DNA of 64,000 bases from Blepharisma stoltei ATCC 30299. Lineage: Eukaryota; Protista; Ciliophora. Of the stretch, positions 35,099 through 47,308 are shown piece by piece. A program made the translations under genes and the position numbers. Below the pieces are notes generated by a model. The model worked only from the letters and a program-made list of their open reading frames with translations. It did no database searches and was not told where the DNA came from. The stretch lies in NCBI GenBank assembly GCA_965603825.1, contig CBFDEM010000051.1:372001-436000 (forward strand), read 5' to 3'. Numbering within the stretch: the stretch's first letter is position 1; each line of letters starts with the position of its first letter.

Positions 35099-37309
35099 CT
35101 AGTCACTTCACGCGTTTTCTTCAATTTCCCTCCTTTTCGGAGCTTGAGTTCCACATCGCTTTTGTTTTGAATACCTTTTAATTAATTCATCATATTCATT
35201 TATAGGTCCTTCATCCTCAAAGTTTTTTACCAATCTATACCTTTTATAGCTGTTTTCCCAATGCTCCAAATTTGATTTTAATTGGCCTATACAGCATTTT
35301 TCAATATCCTCTGACTCTAAATAATCATTTAAAGCTCTGTAAAGCGGAACAGCAATATTTTTGATGAATCCTGCTTGCGATTTTGTAACATCAGTTGCTT
35401 CTCTATCACAGTACATAGATACTGGCAAATTGCTTTTCTTTTCTAAATCTCCCTGAGTGAAGAATTCTTCACATACAAGAAGAGTCCACCTCTCGTGAAG
35501 ATCCAAAATCTTTGCTGAGTGTCCTATATCTGCAGCTTTGATGCTCATCTTCATGACGTCAATTCTTTGTTCAGGGGTATCTAAAGGTTTTAATGGATTA
35601 TTCACTGTTTTTGCTCTAAATTGACCTAATAAGTCAAAATGTCTGCCCATATCAGTTGCCAAGATCATGTCAATGATCTGTTTCCTTGCAACGCATCAGT
35701 GTTCCGTATCAAGATGCTTTAGAATATTTTTGTCGCTATCTTGCATGAGTTGGAAAACTATTGCTGAGTGCATGCTTTCTAATACAGAGATATCATTATA
35801 TCTTATTGCGAGTTCATCTTTTTTATTGATAAGAAAGCGGTTTGTATAGCCAGGGTGGGCTACATCATGCCCTAAATTGGCTATGACCGATGTGAGAATT
35901 TCAATCTCTGTTAGGTATTCAGCAAGTCTTGACTTGCTAACAAAATAAAAAAAAGATGCCAATACATCTGCTGCATGTGCAGAGTTATGATAGGGGTTTG
36001 CTTTATAATGCATTTCTAATTCCTCAAGGAACGATATGTACAGATCGTCGTCTAAATTAAAAGCCTCATCAAGCCTATACTTTTGAATGCAATATTTACC
36101 AATGATTACGAGCGGCCTTCCTTCAGTGCATTCTTTTAAGAAAAAGGTGTTAAAGTTTCATTGTTTTCCGACTTGCTTGAGGATTCCAATGAGTTCATCA
36201 ACATCATATTTCATGGTGACTTCTGAAGTTTTTAGAGTTCTGAATTTATTTGGCCTTCTCACTTCGAGCATGTTGTGATTGCTTCAAGTCTGCTGAATAA
36301 AAAGCTGGTCGTCTTTATCCATTCCTTTAGTGAGGATTTCTATATCTGTGGAGTAAATGTTGTTTTTGGAGCCGAGGAGTTTCATAAACTTGTTCAAGTG
36401 ATCGAACACTTTTGAGAGCTTCGGTCGCAAATCTGAAGGGGTTTTATCAAGCATTGTTTCTATCACTTCTATGGACTCTCTTACTCCTATTGCGACTTCT
36501 TCAATCTCACTTTTGGGCTTTTCATCCTCTGGCTTTTTCGGATCAGATTCTGGGATCGTTGTGCAGCCTCTGACAATGTTGAAATTGGTCCTAGCTCGGA
36601 TTTCTTCTCTATAAAAAGTCTTCGTTTCAAATATCACCATCAGCAGATACGATCCAGCTTCACATAGAGTAAGCTCAATCGGCCTGTCTATCTGCAAATG
36701 GACCACTAAAAATAAGATATCGATCAAAAGGCTCCAAATAGCATATTCCAAATAGTTGGTGTGCAGGATAAATTTCGAAATCGCCAGCATCATTATTAGG
36801 CCGAACATACACGAAAAACAATTTTGAGGGTCACCTCCAAAAATTCAGTTTTGGATGTGTGTGTCACAAACAATCAATGCTATTGCTGTTGAAATATATG
36901 TAAACTGTAATAGATCAGACCGTAATCGTCTCAGAAACCTCCCTAAAAATGCTAGGATAAAGACTAATGAGTTAATAAACGTGATTCCCAGCATAAAACA
37001 CATCTGAAATTCGAAAATTTCTTTTGTGACGTTATCGGTCACATAGTTGAAGATATAAAATAATGTGTATAAAATTACGATCCCATAATAGCACATAAAA
37101 AAGTTATGTTTTGATACATAGGGATTTTCGTACGGTACTTTGGATTGAGAATGACCGAAAATAATTGCGTCTCTGTAAGCTGTTTCAATTGATTTATTTG
37201 GGAATTTTAAAGTAAACTTGGGGGCAGGCGGCGTAAAATCTGTAGGTAGAGTTCTTTCTCCGTAATTAATTGTAATTGGGATTGTGGTTGTTGGGCTTCC
37301 AGGTTTCAT
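35099..37309 (-). CDS. class I cyclic-nucleotide phosphodiesterase with N-terminal multi-TM region (alveolate type)
   Basis: One frame through TGAs. (W)NF, NPYHNSAHAADV, HDVAHPGYTN.FL, YND.SVLE.MH, ILATDM..HF, K.ADIGH, EEFF.QGD.EK, SQAGFI; ends W-S-D-TAG. Confidence 0.93.
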
Positions 37310-38001
37310 GTTTTATTAAATATCAAGGTTCTATTATTTCAATTAGCATTCAGAAGCAGTGAAATTAGTCAAAAATCAATAAATGAATCGAAAGTCAAAG
37401 AAGGAAGAATTTTTTTTGATTAATTTTTGTATCAGTTAAAAGGATATATAATGCAACAAATAGATTTGCTTAATTTAAATGAATTAAATTTTATAGAGTA
37501 TTTTATTTAGCGAGATGGAGACATAATCAATCGGAAATTTAAATAAAATTAAAGAAAAGCAAATTTTAAATGTCGTGCAGATGGTTTTTACTGAACGTAA
37601 GATTTTATTTTAAAATGGATTTGAAACAAATGCATTTTTATTTTTTATGCTAGCTTAATATTTCCAGAATTGAACTATGCATATATTTCTTATTGATGCT
37701 TTGCTGCTATAATATTAATGTTATTATGGGTTTTACTTTTAAATCAATTTTTATGCTTAAAATATTATTTTAATATATATTGCTAAATAATATATGCATT
37801 ATTTTATTTGAGTTATCTTTACTTTTTTATTACAAAATAGAAGGATCATTTAACATTAAAATAAGTAGTTACGATATAAAGTGCTAGATATTGTGCTTTG
37901 CTTTTTGGGCACAAGTATATGATTACTACGAATAAAAAATTAAATTGAAATTAGAGCTCACTATATAAAAGAACTAATTATATCGCTAAATAGAAGCTAA
38001 G

Positions 38002-38937
38002 TTAAATATTTTCAAGCCTGCTTTCAAGCTCTTCAATAAACTTGCAAATTTTTTCGAGTTCTTGCTGATTGATCCTTTTCTTCTTGTATAATTTTCTAAG
38101 CTTTCTTTGATAAAAAAAGTTTTTTATGCCCTCTAATCCATATTTATGACCTCTTGTAACCATTCAAAATGCATATCCAATGCATAAGTCGCCCATACTC
38201 ATTAAGCAGGTAATTGGCTCCATAATATCCCAAGAATAAAGCCAATAAGTTCCATATTGGACTGCTGCATACTGAGAAAGAAGAATATAAGAAAACCTTC
38301 TAACTAATTTATTTGAAGTTCAGTGAGCTTTTTCTTCTAAAATATGCTTTTGGGAAAGCTCATAGCTGTAAGTTGATCTCAAGAAATGAATTTGGCTTTG
38401 AATATATTCTTTTTGAATGCGTTGCTGATTTAAAAATTGTAAAATAGAGAGCTTGCTTAAGGATAGGAAGTAGTCGTAACTTATAATTTTTTCCTTAGAA
38501 AGTTCAATTTCTTTTAGTATATAGTCATTAAAGCAGCCAAGTATTTCAGCTTCATGCTGTGATAAAGAGTTGCTTAGTTTAAAAGAATCAACAAGTCCTC
38601 GTTGGGAAGGGGTTAAAAAGGTCTTATGGGTTTCCATGTTAAAAATTCCGTAGTTCTGAATTCCATCTATTTTAAGAAACAGAGGATCTCTGATGGCTTG
38701 AATTGCAGTGGTCCCAAGTGAAAGCTTGGAGCCATCCATTCCGTGAAACGTTACTTCCTGAGCATTTGCAGAGTTAATAAGTTCGTCTTTTATGTCTTTC
38801 AAGGTTTTATTGGCTGAAAGCACGATTTCATGGTCGCCTCTTTTCTTTATTGGGATCTTAACAAATGGGAACTGAGCCTTAGCCGAGGTTTCCACAAGCA
38901 CAAATCTCAGACATTTAGAAATTTCACCTAAATTCAT
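38002..38937 (-). CDS. MCU: mitochondrial calcium uniporter pore subunit (MCU family), 311 aa
   Basis: Reading through TGA 38320-38322 exposes TM1-YSWDIMEPIT-TM2 (the DIME selectivity filter), flanked by coiled coils; ends TAA 38002. Confidence 0.88.
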
Positions 38938-38995
38938 TGTTTTTTATTAGCTATTAAATCCTTTATTTCAGAAAATAGAATAACTGATAATAATT

Positions 38996-41900
38996 ATGCC
39001 GCCCAAGAAAAAGGAGGAGAAAAAGCAAGAAGAAGTGATTGACAATTCAACTCTGCCTAAATGCAAAACATGGATTTTCACTATATATTTACATCCTTAT
39101 TTTACTAAGCTTCATCAGATTTTGAAGATTCAAGATCTAAGAGTTATCTCAAAAGAAGATTTATTGAATTACATTAAAGAAAAAAGTCTTGATAAAACTC
39201 CTGAAAATCTTGCTAAAGCTTGCAGAGCAAAATTAGATGAGATTGAGCTACCATTCAGAAAAGAGAGAAAAGATCCACCAAAAGCCACTGAATCCCCGAA
39301 AAAAGATAAAGACAAGATAGTCACACCAATAGCAACCCCAAGACCTGATGACAAATTCGATGTAACAGTTTATTTTAAAAATTTTCCTCAATCAAAAGAA
39401 GAGGTTACAGAGCTAATTAAAGTTGGGATAAATATTGATTTGTGCTACTATGTTAAGCCTAGCCAATCCTATATTCAGTCTAAGCTCGAGGCCAAAATGA
39501 AATCTTACAGAGAAAAAAGAGAAGAAGTAAGAGCTGCTGGAGCGATGGAAAGTTTACTCCAAATTCCCACTCAGCCAGATGACTATCCTGAAGGATTTAT
39601 GGAACTTCAAAACTTATCCTGAAGCCCCAAAAATCAAGATAGTAAACATTTGATATGGAAAATCATAGAATTTAAAACCGAAGAGGATTTAGAAGTAAAA
39701 GAAGAAATAAAAGAAGAGGTCAAAGAAGAACAGCAAACCAAAAGTCGAAAAGATTTGAAACCTTCTTCTAAGAAAGCTGAAGAAAACAAAGAAGATGAAG
39801 CGAATGCAAATGATCCTAAAGTGAAGCTTTGCGATGGGATAATTCGAGAAATAAAACAAATATCATCTGCTAAGCTGGAATATGAAAAATGGCAAGCTTC
39901 AGTTAAAGTAAATTCACTGTACTCTGAAAGAGCTGAACAATTTGATGCTCCACCTGAGTTGTCAGATATTCATTCAGTTGGGTCACCAATCAAGCATGTG
40001 GGATCTTTAGCTGATACTCTTGACAAGTTCATGGTCCCTGAGCCTTTCACAATCGATGATTTAACAAAACCTTGGGATTTAAGCTATTTCAATCATATTA
40101 TCAACGTTGGAAAAGAACAATCTAAAACTGTAAATTATTTAGTCGCATGCTTTCTCAAACAAATCATGAAAGAAAAAGGTGGAACTATGGATGAAGAAAA
40201 GCAGCTTGATAGCTTTATAAACACTAAAAAATATGAAAGCCAATTGTCTTATGCTAGTAAAATCGAAGATATCCAAGATCGTCCCAAGACTGCACACAAA
40301 ATTGGAATACAAGATTCAATGATGATTGTGGATTATAATGATAAAATTGCAAAGCTATCATTAAGGGAGCATTTTGCTCAGAGCAACATTGAAATAAAAG
40401 AAATGATTAAGCTATTTAAAGAAAATATAGAGCTTCCTATATTTGGAGAAAGTTTGAAAGCTCAGTCTGCTTCTCCAAGCATACGGCTAGCTAACTATAA
40501 TGAAGTCCTTAGTTTTTCATCTATACCCAGAAAGGAATTTGAAAGAGCACTACTGTTGCTGGACTTTGAAAAATTAATGAAATCTATTCAACCAGAGCGA
40601 GATTGGAATTTCAGTGACAGAGTTTATGAAGAAAATTTTTCATTGTCTCTGCTCCAACAAACTTTAGACAGCTTAATTCCACAAGATCCTGAAGTTATTT
40701 ATGAGTATAACTCTTTAAGAGACTGCACTCTTCTTTGTGTCTTTTTCAAAACTCCTCCAGGCCGATTAATTAGGAGGCTCTGAAAATCTCCATGGAGAGT
40801 TCGCCCCAATTTCCCCCAATATCTTGAAACATTTGCTGATAAAACTTTGAATTCCTTTTTAGATGTTGACGCAAGCCTTGTTGGGTCTATAAAAGAAAGG
40901 ATAAAAATTATGTATCCTGCTGATAATAGTCTAATGAAAATGACTGAATATTTTATAGGGCCAAGAAATTTATTAGAGTCTCGGGAATTATTTGAAACTC
41001 CTAGGCACAGAGCTGTTGTGTACAAAGATAACTGGATTTTTGGGATAAGAAAAGATAAATCCAAATGCGGCGAATTTTGGGCTGTTCATGAGGATGAAAA
41101 GATTTTGGTCGAAAAAGAAATTGATGGCTGCTCTTTATCAATTACACTCAATAATGGGCTAATTGTAAAGATTTTGCCAACTGGAGAGATTTTGCAGCAA
41201 AAATGCAAAGGGAAGGAAGATCCTTGCAAAGAAGAAGAAAATAGAATTATTGGAGGAATGGGTTATGTTGTGAGAAATCTAGTTAATGATGCTATACAAA
41301 TACTAATGCCAAGCGGCGATTTTTCAACTAGAAGCAAAGATAGAGTCTGGGTGTGCACGAACAATAAAGGAATGAGACTTGTTAAAAGAATGAAAGACGG
41401 CGTTTCGTATAATTTAGAGCCAATAAAGGTACAGTCTTTTACAGATCCAGAAACACTAGCAAAGGTAATAATCCGAGAGGATCTAGTTATGAAAATTACA
41501 TTTTCAGACAATTCATACGCTGCTTTTCATCCTGACGGTACAAAAATTCATACCTCTGCTGATGAAAATACGGTCCATATTGAAAGTCCAGGCTATGCTC
41601 CAGTTAAAAGTCATAAAGACCCACTCAAAGCAAGGCAGCATACTGTTATAGGATTGGGAAGCTCAGATTCTGGTTTAGGAATCGGAGATTTAATGCTGAG
41701 ATCCCACAATGGTATTATAACTGAGGTGATCCTGCCTAATAAAACATCAATAAGGACATTTACTCAAAAACAAGAAATGGAAGGCTACAACGAATATTGC
41801 ACACAATTAATTTGTGTGCTGACAACAAGTGACGGGAGCATTATGAAAGTCCAGCAAGATGGAGAAATCGTATTAATTACAGGCGAAGCCAGACAAATTT

Positions 41901-42769
41901 TAGCTGAAAAAGATGGCCAAGATGCATATTTTTATGAGCTATTTACATTGGCTGAAGATAGGACTTCAGGTGTTTATAGTGCCCATTGCGAAAAAGGAAA
42001 AATTTGGACTAAAGATAGTGAAGGAAATTATTTTGAAATTGGAATCCAAGGTAAAGCCATCGAAAAATTAGCAGTCTCATTAAACGTAGAAGAAGCAGAA
42101 CCTACAACTCCTAGGATAGCTGAAGGAGAGTATATTGATCCCGAATGCAGATTTTTACCTCCCCCTCTAACTATAATTCAGCCTCGGCTATTTGAAATCA
42201 AAGGAAATAAAGTTAAAGAACTTCTCAACGAAGAGCAGCTTACACCATTTAAAAGAAATCTTGATTGAAGTTATAAGAAACAAGGTGAAGATTGCCACAC
42301 ATGAATAAAGTCTCTTGAAGGAAAAGACAATTATTTGCATCCAACTTCTCCCTTTAAATATTACTCGATCCCAAAAACGGTGTCATCTATATTGCAAACA
42401 ATTATCATACCTGATGAGCCTGTTAATTCAGCATATATTAACCGAACTATTTATGAATTTCCAAGCTTTGATGAAGAAAAAAGGCTAAAAGTGTCTGATG
42501 ACTTGAAGAGATATGAGGAATGGAAAGAAAAACAGAAAAAAACTAGGAGCACTTATGCAATTCAAGACAGCAGAACAGAGGCTGCTAAGGAAAAAGAAAA
42601 AGAAATATTGCAAAGAATAGCTGACATGAGAGGAGAAAATTCAAAAATCGGATCTTTCAAGGAGACTGATATAAAAGAAAGCACTGAAGAAGATATTCAG
42701 TTTGAATTTGAAGAAACTCCTTACCAGGAAGAAGAATTCAAAATTGTGATTGAAGATGAGGTGGAGTAA
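38996..42769 (+). CDS. SPAG17/PF6-like axonemal central-pair protein (about 1257 aa)
   Basis: Four track ORFs in one frame joined by TGA. MPPKKK start; FE.L....DWNFSD..YEE...L.Q.L...YN...D..LL; G.VV......QIL...G, W..T...G.R, TDPET...IRED.V, HPDGTKI, V.IE.PGYA.V repeats typical of SPAG17. Confidence 0.72.
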
Positions 42770-42897
42770 GCCTTTATTTTTATGCTTAAAACTCATTCAA
42801 TAATTCTAGAAATTTAATACCAAGTATTTATAATTATATAATTTATCATTAATTAACTAATAATTATGGTAAAATTAGCATCCTAATATAATTATCA

Positions 42898-43599
42898 ATG
42901 AACTCGCGCTTGGGAAATTATAAGCCAATACTTACATCTGGTGAAGTAACTCCTTATCTGAATTTTAGGAAGAATCGCCCTAAACCTGTTGATCATAATA
43001 TCAAAACTAAAACACTGAACTCAGTATTGTTTCATTTCATAAGGGAGAAAATAAACGAAAGTCCTTTACTATCTAAAAACAAACCCCGCAGCCCATTGTC
43101 TAGTATTATTTTACCTTCGGAAAGGCAAACTGAAAGGAGGAAGACTCACAAAATTGAGCTTGAACCTCTTGCAACTGAAACTTTTGATTTTGAAAATGAT
43201 AAAATAAGTGGAAAATTAAGAATTCCTATTCCTCAACTAAAAATGCTTAATGATCCAAAAATGAATGAAGGTGTAAGAGTCCAAAAAGCTAGAACTATGA
43301 GTTTATCAAGACTAAGCACTCTATCGCAGCCTAATTGAGCTAAGACATCTTCGAATTCTCCAATTAAAGAGAGGAACGAATGCACTAAAGTTGGGCGGCA
43401 AAGATATAGCTCAGCTTCTTTATTAAATCCTATTGGGAAAATACTAAGGTCTAAAGGAATAAACATTGAAGAAAATTTAAGGGAGAAAGAACTCTCTGGA
43501 ATTGAGGTTTCAAGCTTTAATAAAAAGAAATCAAAATGACATGAAAATAAAAGGAGCTTTGATGGAATTGTACCAGTATATCTGACAGCAAGAAATTAA
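42898..43599 (+). CDS. hypothetical basic protein, 233 aa
   Basis: The track ORF extends through two TGA to TAA 43599; no recognisable domain. Confidence 0.65.
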
Positions 43600-43877
43600 T
43601 AAAAAGAAAAGTTAAATTAATTATTTTAATCAGAAAGATAAAAGCATTTGAAGCTAAGTTTTTCTAAAGAAATTTTATTAGTAAATAATTAAATATTGTC
43701 TTAAATTCACTAGCTTACTAAAAAATAGATTTATTTAATTAAATCATGTTCTCAAAATGCAAATAGAATCAAATCAATCCTTTAACTTATTTTTTATATA
43801 GAAAGTGGTGGCAATAATTAGACTTAGTTCAGATATTTTCATTTTCATTCTAACAGTCCTAATGGCGCTATATTTAA

Positions 43878-46535
43878 ATGGAAACTGAGAAATTGCGTCT
43901 TTTTAAAGAAATCACAGGAGAGCAAGATCAAGACAAGGCTCTGCACTATTTGAGTAAATCTAGCAGCAATCTTGATCATGCTATTGACTTATATTTCCAA
44001 GATATCCACACTCAAAATCTCACAAGAGAGCTTCTTCTAAAGCGAAAAATTCAAGCTTCTAACCCAATAATAACATTAGGCATGTTTGAAAGCGATGCAT
44101 ATGCCATTTCCACAGTCTCACATATAGAGATAGGCCATCCTCTAACCTTTAAATTCCCCAAGCCAAGGCCCCATCCTAAAGGTAAACGCAAAGAAACTCC
44201 AGATCGTACTATAAGATTTGCAATGGAACCTAATGGATTTAGTTTTGGCAAACTTCCTCAAAATACAGCTGATTTTTTATTCCCTTTAATATCTGGGAAC
44301 CTAATTACAATAGAAGCAAATATTATAGATGCTCCCACAAGCATAACTTTGCTTGATACATTTAAAATTGCAATCACAGTAAATTTGCTTCCTGATGCAT
44401 TAAGTGACCCATCTGTTCAAACATCAGAGGAAATAAATAACCATAATATTTCTCCTGAAGAATATTTCAATCAGAGAGAAGCTCTACAAAAATTATTTGA
44501 GCTTGTGCGCTTGGAAAAAACACAGTCAGCAATAATAGATGACCAAGAGCAAACCAATGAAAAACAATCACAAGAAGAAGGAAAGAGCTTAGCCAGCATT
44601 GAAAAAAATTTATTTCTTGAAAATTTAGGAGAGATTGAACTGAGAGAAATGAGCCCTCCATTTACGTTTAGAACCCCATTATATCCCTATCAAAAGCAAG
44701 CTTTATCATGAATGTATGAACGTGAGTCAATTAGAGGTGGAAACAGAAACAGCAGAGAACTGCATCATCTGTGAGAAGAATACAAAACAGCTCAAGGCAG
44801 ATTCCTTTATTTCAATCCATATACTGGACAAATTTCAATTAAATTTCCTGAATCAGCTGCACTTTGTAAAGGAGGAATTTTAGCAGATGAAATGGGACTT
44901 GGAAAAACAGTCATGATTATAGCTCTTATTCACACACATAGAAGGGCATTTGAGCACGCCCCAAAAAAACCTAAAACACTAGAAGGAGGGACATTAATAG
45001 TTTTACCGTTATCTTTGATAACTCAATGACATCAAGAAATTAACTCTCATGGTGTTGATTTAAAAGTCCTTGAATATTATTCAGACAAGAATAAATCAGT
45101 TCAAGAATTGAAAAACGCAGAAATTGTTTTGACCACTTATGGAATAATAAATTCAGAATATGCAAATCAAGGGTCTTTATTCAAAATCCCGTGATTTCGA
45201 GTCATCTTAGATGAGGCCCATATAATAAGAAATAAAGATACGTCAACTACAAAAGCTGTAATGAAATTGCAAGCAAAATTCAAATGAGCACTCACTGGAA
45301 CACCCATACAAAATAAGCTTGATGATTTGTACTCTCTGGTAAGGTTCCTTGAAGTTGAACCATGATCTGATTATTTGTGGTGGAACCGTATCATTACAAA
45401 GCCATTCAATAAGCAGGATCCTAATGTTTACGCAATTTTAAGAAGACTGCTTAAGCCAATAATGCTGAGAAGAACCAAAGAAACCAAGCTCGCAGATGGA
45501 AGTCTTATGGTATCTTTGCCTCCTATATCTATTGAAACAATTCATATTGAAATGAACAGTGAAGAACGGAGTTTATATAACAGATTATTTGAGCATAGCA
45601 AAGCAAGGCTCCATTCTCTTATAAGCACGGGCAAATTTAAGGCTTATATAGCATCAATATTTGATTTACTACTCAGGCTGCGTCAGCTTTGTGATCATCC
45701 TTATTTGATTATGAGTCGTGGTGATACAACACCATTAGAAAAAATTGACCAATTTATAACAAAATTAACAGAAAACTCTTCAGATCAATACGCACAAGAC
45801 TTAGCCGGGAAAATTAAGCAAGGTGAAATTTTTATATGCCCAATCTGTCTCGATGTAGCTGATGATCCTGTAATGACAAAATGCATTCATATAATGTGCA
45901 GAATGTGCGCATCCCAACAAGTCGAAAGAAACAAAAACTGTCCTCTATGCAAAACTCCTCTGACAATGCATGACCTTACAACAGTCCCAAGGGAAAGCAA
46001 GTTCAGTCTTAACTTAGACAATGAATGATGCAGCAGTTCAAAAATTGATATGCTAATTAGAATGTTAATGATAAGTAGTGAGCCAACTGTAGTATTCACT
46101 CAATGAACTTCAATGCTGGATCTATTAGAAATTGCTCTACAAAAGGCAAGAATTTCTTATTCGCGACTTGATGGGAGCATGAATAAAAATCAAAGAGAAA
46201 ATGCCTTGCAAGAGTTCAAAGCAGGAAGGCAAGTGATGCTTATTTCATTAAAAGCCGGAGGGGTAGGAATCAATCTTACTTATGCATCGAGAGTTGTGCT
46301 AATGGATCCATGGTGGAACCCAGCTGTAGAAAACCAAGCAATCGAAAGAGTGCATAGGATTGGCCAGGAAAAGCAAGTGAAGGCCTATAAATTTGTATGC
46401 AGAGACACAGTTGAAGAAAAAATGTTAGCACTTCAGGAGAGGAAAAATGTCATAATGGAGGGAGCATACACAGAGCAAAATGCTTCTATGTCTATGGAAA
46501 ATTTAATGTACGTCTTTCAGGATAATATAATGTAA
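43878..46535 (+). CDS. RAD5: RAD5/HLTF-like SNF2 ATPase with UBA-like, HIRAN and RING domains (885 aa)
   Basis: LYPYQKQALS(W)M, YFNPYTG, GGILADEMGLGKT, (W)FRVILDEAH, (W)ALTGTPIQN, LRLRQLCDHP, RING CPIC...C.H..C..C...CPLC, SLKAGGVGINLT.A, DPWWNPAVE.QAI.RVHRIGQ; eight in-frame TGA. Confidence 0.95.
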
Positions 46536-46851
46536 TTCAAAATTATCGTAGTAAAATGGAACTTAAAATATAATAATAATTCAGGTTTTCACAAAACCAA
46601 TTGAGAAGGAATTCACCACACAAAACCGCCCTAGACGAAGGAATCGTGCTTAGAGCTTAATTGCTAAATTTATTTCTTACATATTAGCTGCAATAAACCT
46701 TTTTCTCTTATAGACTGTTATCAATAATTTCCTAATTTATCCAGATATTTTCTTAATCTCTTTATAAGCCTTAGCTTTTACTTTTAGTTCTTCAAAACCT
46801 TTGTAAAGTTCTCTTTTGCTCACATGTCATATAATTTTTAATCAAGACTAA

Positions 46852-47273
46852 ATGGTAAATGGCTACCGTAGGTACACTCAAGGTTTGTCGAAATTGGAAG
46901 AGTCGCTTACGTAAACTTTGGACCTGAAAAGGACAAATTGTGTGTGATTGTGGACGTCATCGACGGAAAAAGAGCTTTAGTGGATGGTGCAGCAACAGGA
47001 GTCCTTCGTCAACAAATGCCTTTTGCAAGACTTTCATTGACAGAATTCGTTCTTCCAGTTAAGCGAAACCAAACCTCTGCAAACGTTGCCAAGATTTTCA
47101 ACGATTCCAACATATTATCCAAGTGGCAAGAGAGCACTCATGGCAAACAAATTGCATCTAGACTCAGAAGAGCAGAACTCACAGATTTTGACAGATTCAA
47201 ACTGATGGTGAACCAGAAGAAGAAGTCCGCATTGGTGAGAAAAGAGCTCAAAACCCTCAAGGCTAAACACTAA
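46852..47273 (+). CDS. RPL14: 60S ribosomal protein L14 (eL14); intron directly after the ATG
   Basis: M^VHSRFVEIGRVAYVNFGP...LCVIVDVIDGKRALVDG...RRAELTDFDRFKLM. Confidence 0.95.
46855..46871 (+). other. 17-nt intron GTAAATGGCTACCGTAG
   Basis: The only GT..AG choice I found that puts an ATG in frame with RFVEIGRV; internal A at position 11. Confidence 0.75.
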
Positions 47274-47308
47274 TAGATTAGTTTCTTAATTTGAATAAAA
47301 AAATCACT

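Noticed and set aside
43878-46535. Interpreting TGA-interrupted genes (RAD5, Sly1, PDEs, BBS9 and others) as pseudogenes or split genes
   Set aside because: Interruptions are only TGA, never frameshifts or TAA/TAG outside GT..AG micro-introns, and they fall at conserved Trp positions.
46868-46882. 15-nt GTAGGTACACTCAAG as the productive RPL14 intron
   Set aside because: It leaves both candidate ATGs out of frame with RFVEIGRV and lacks A10.
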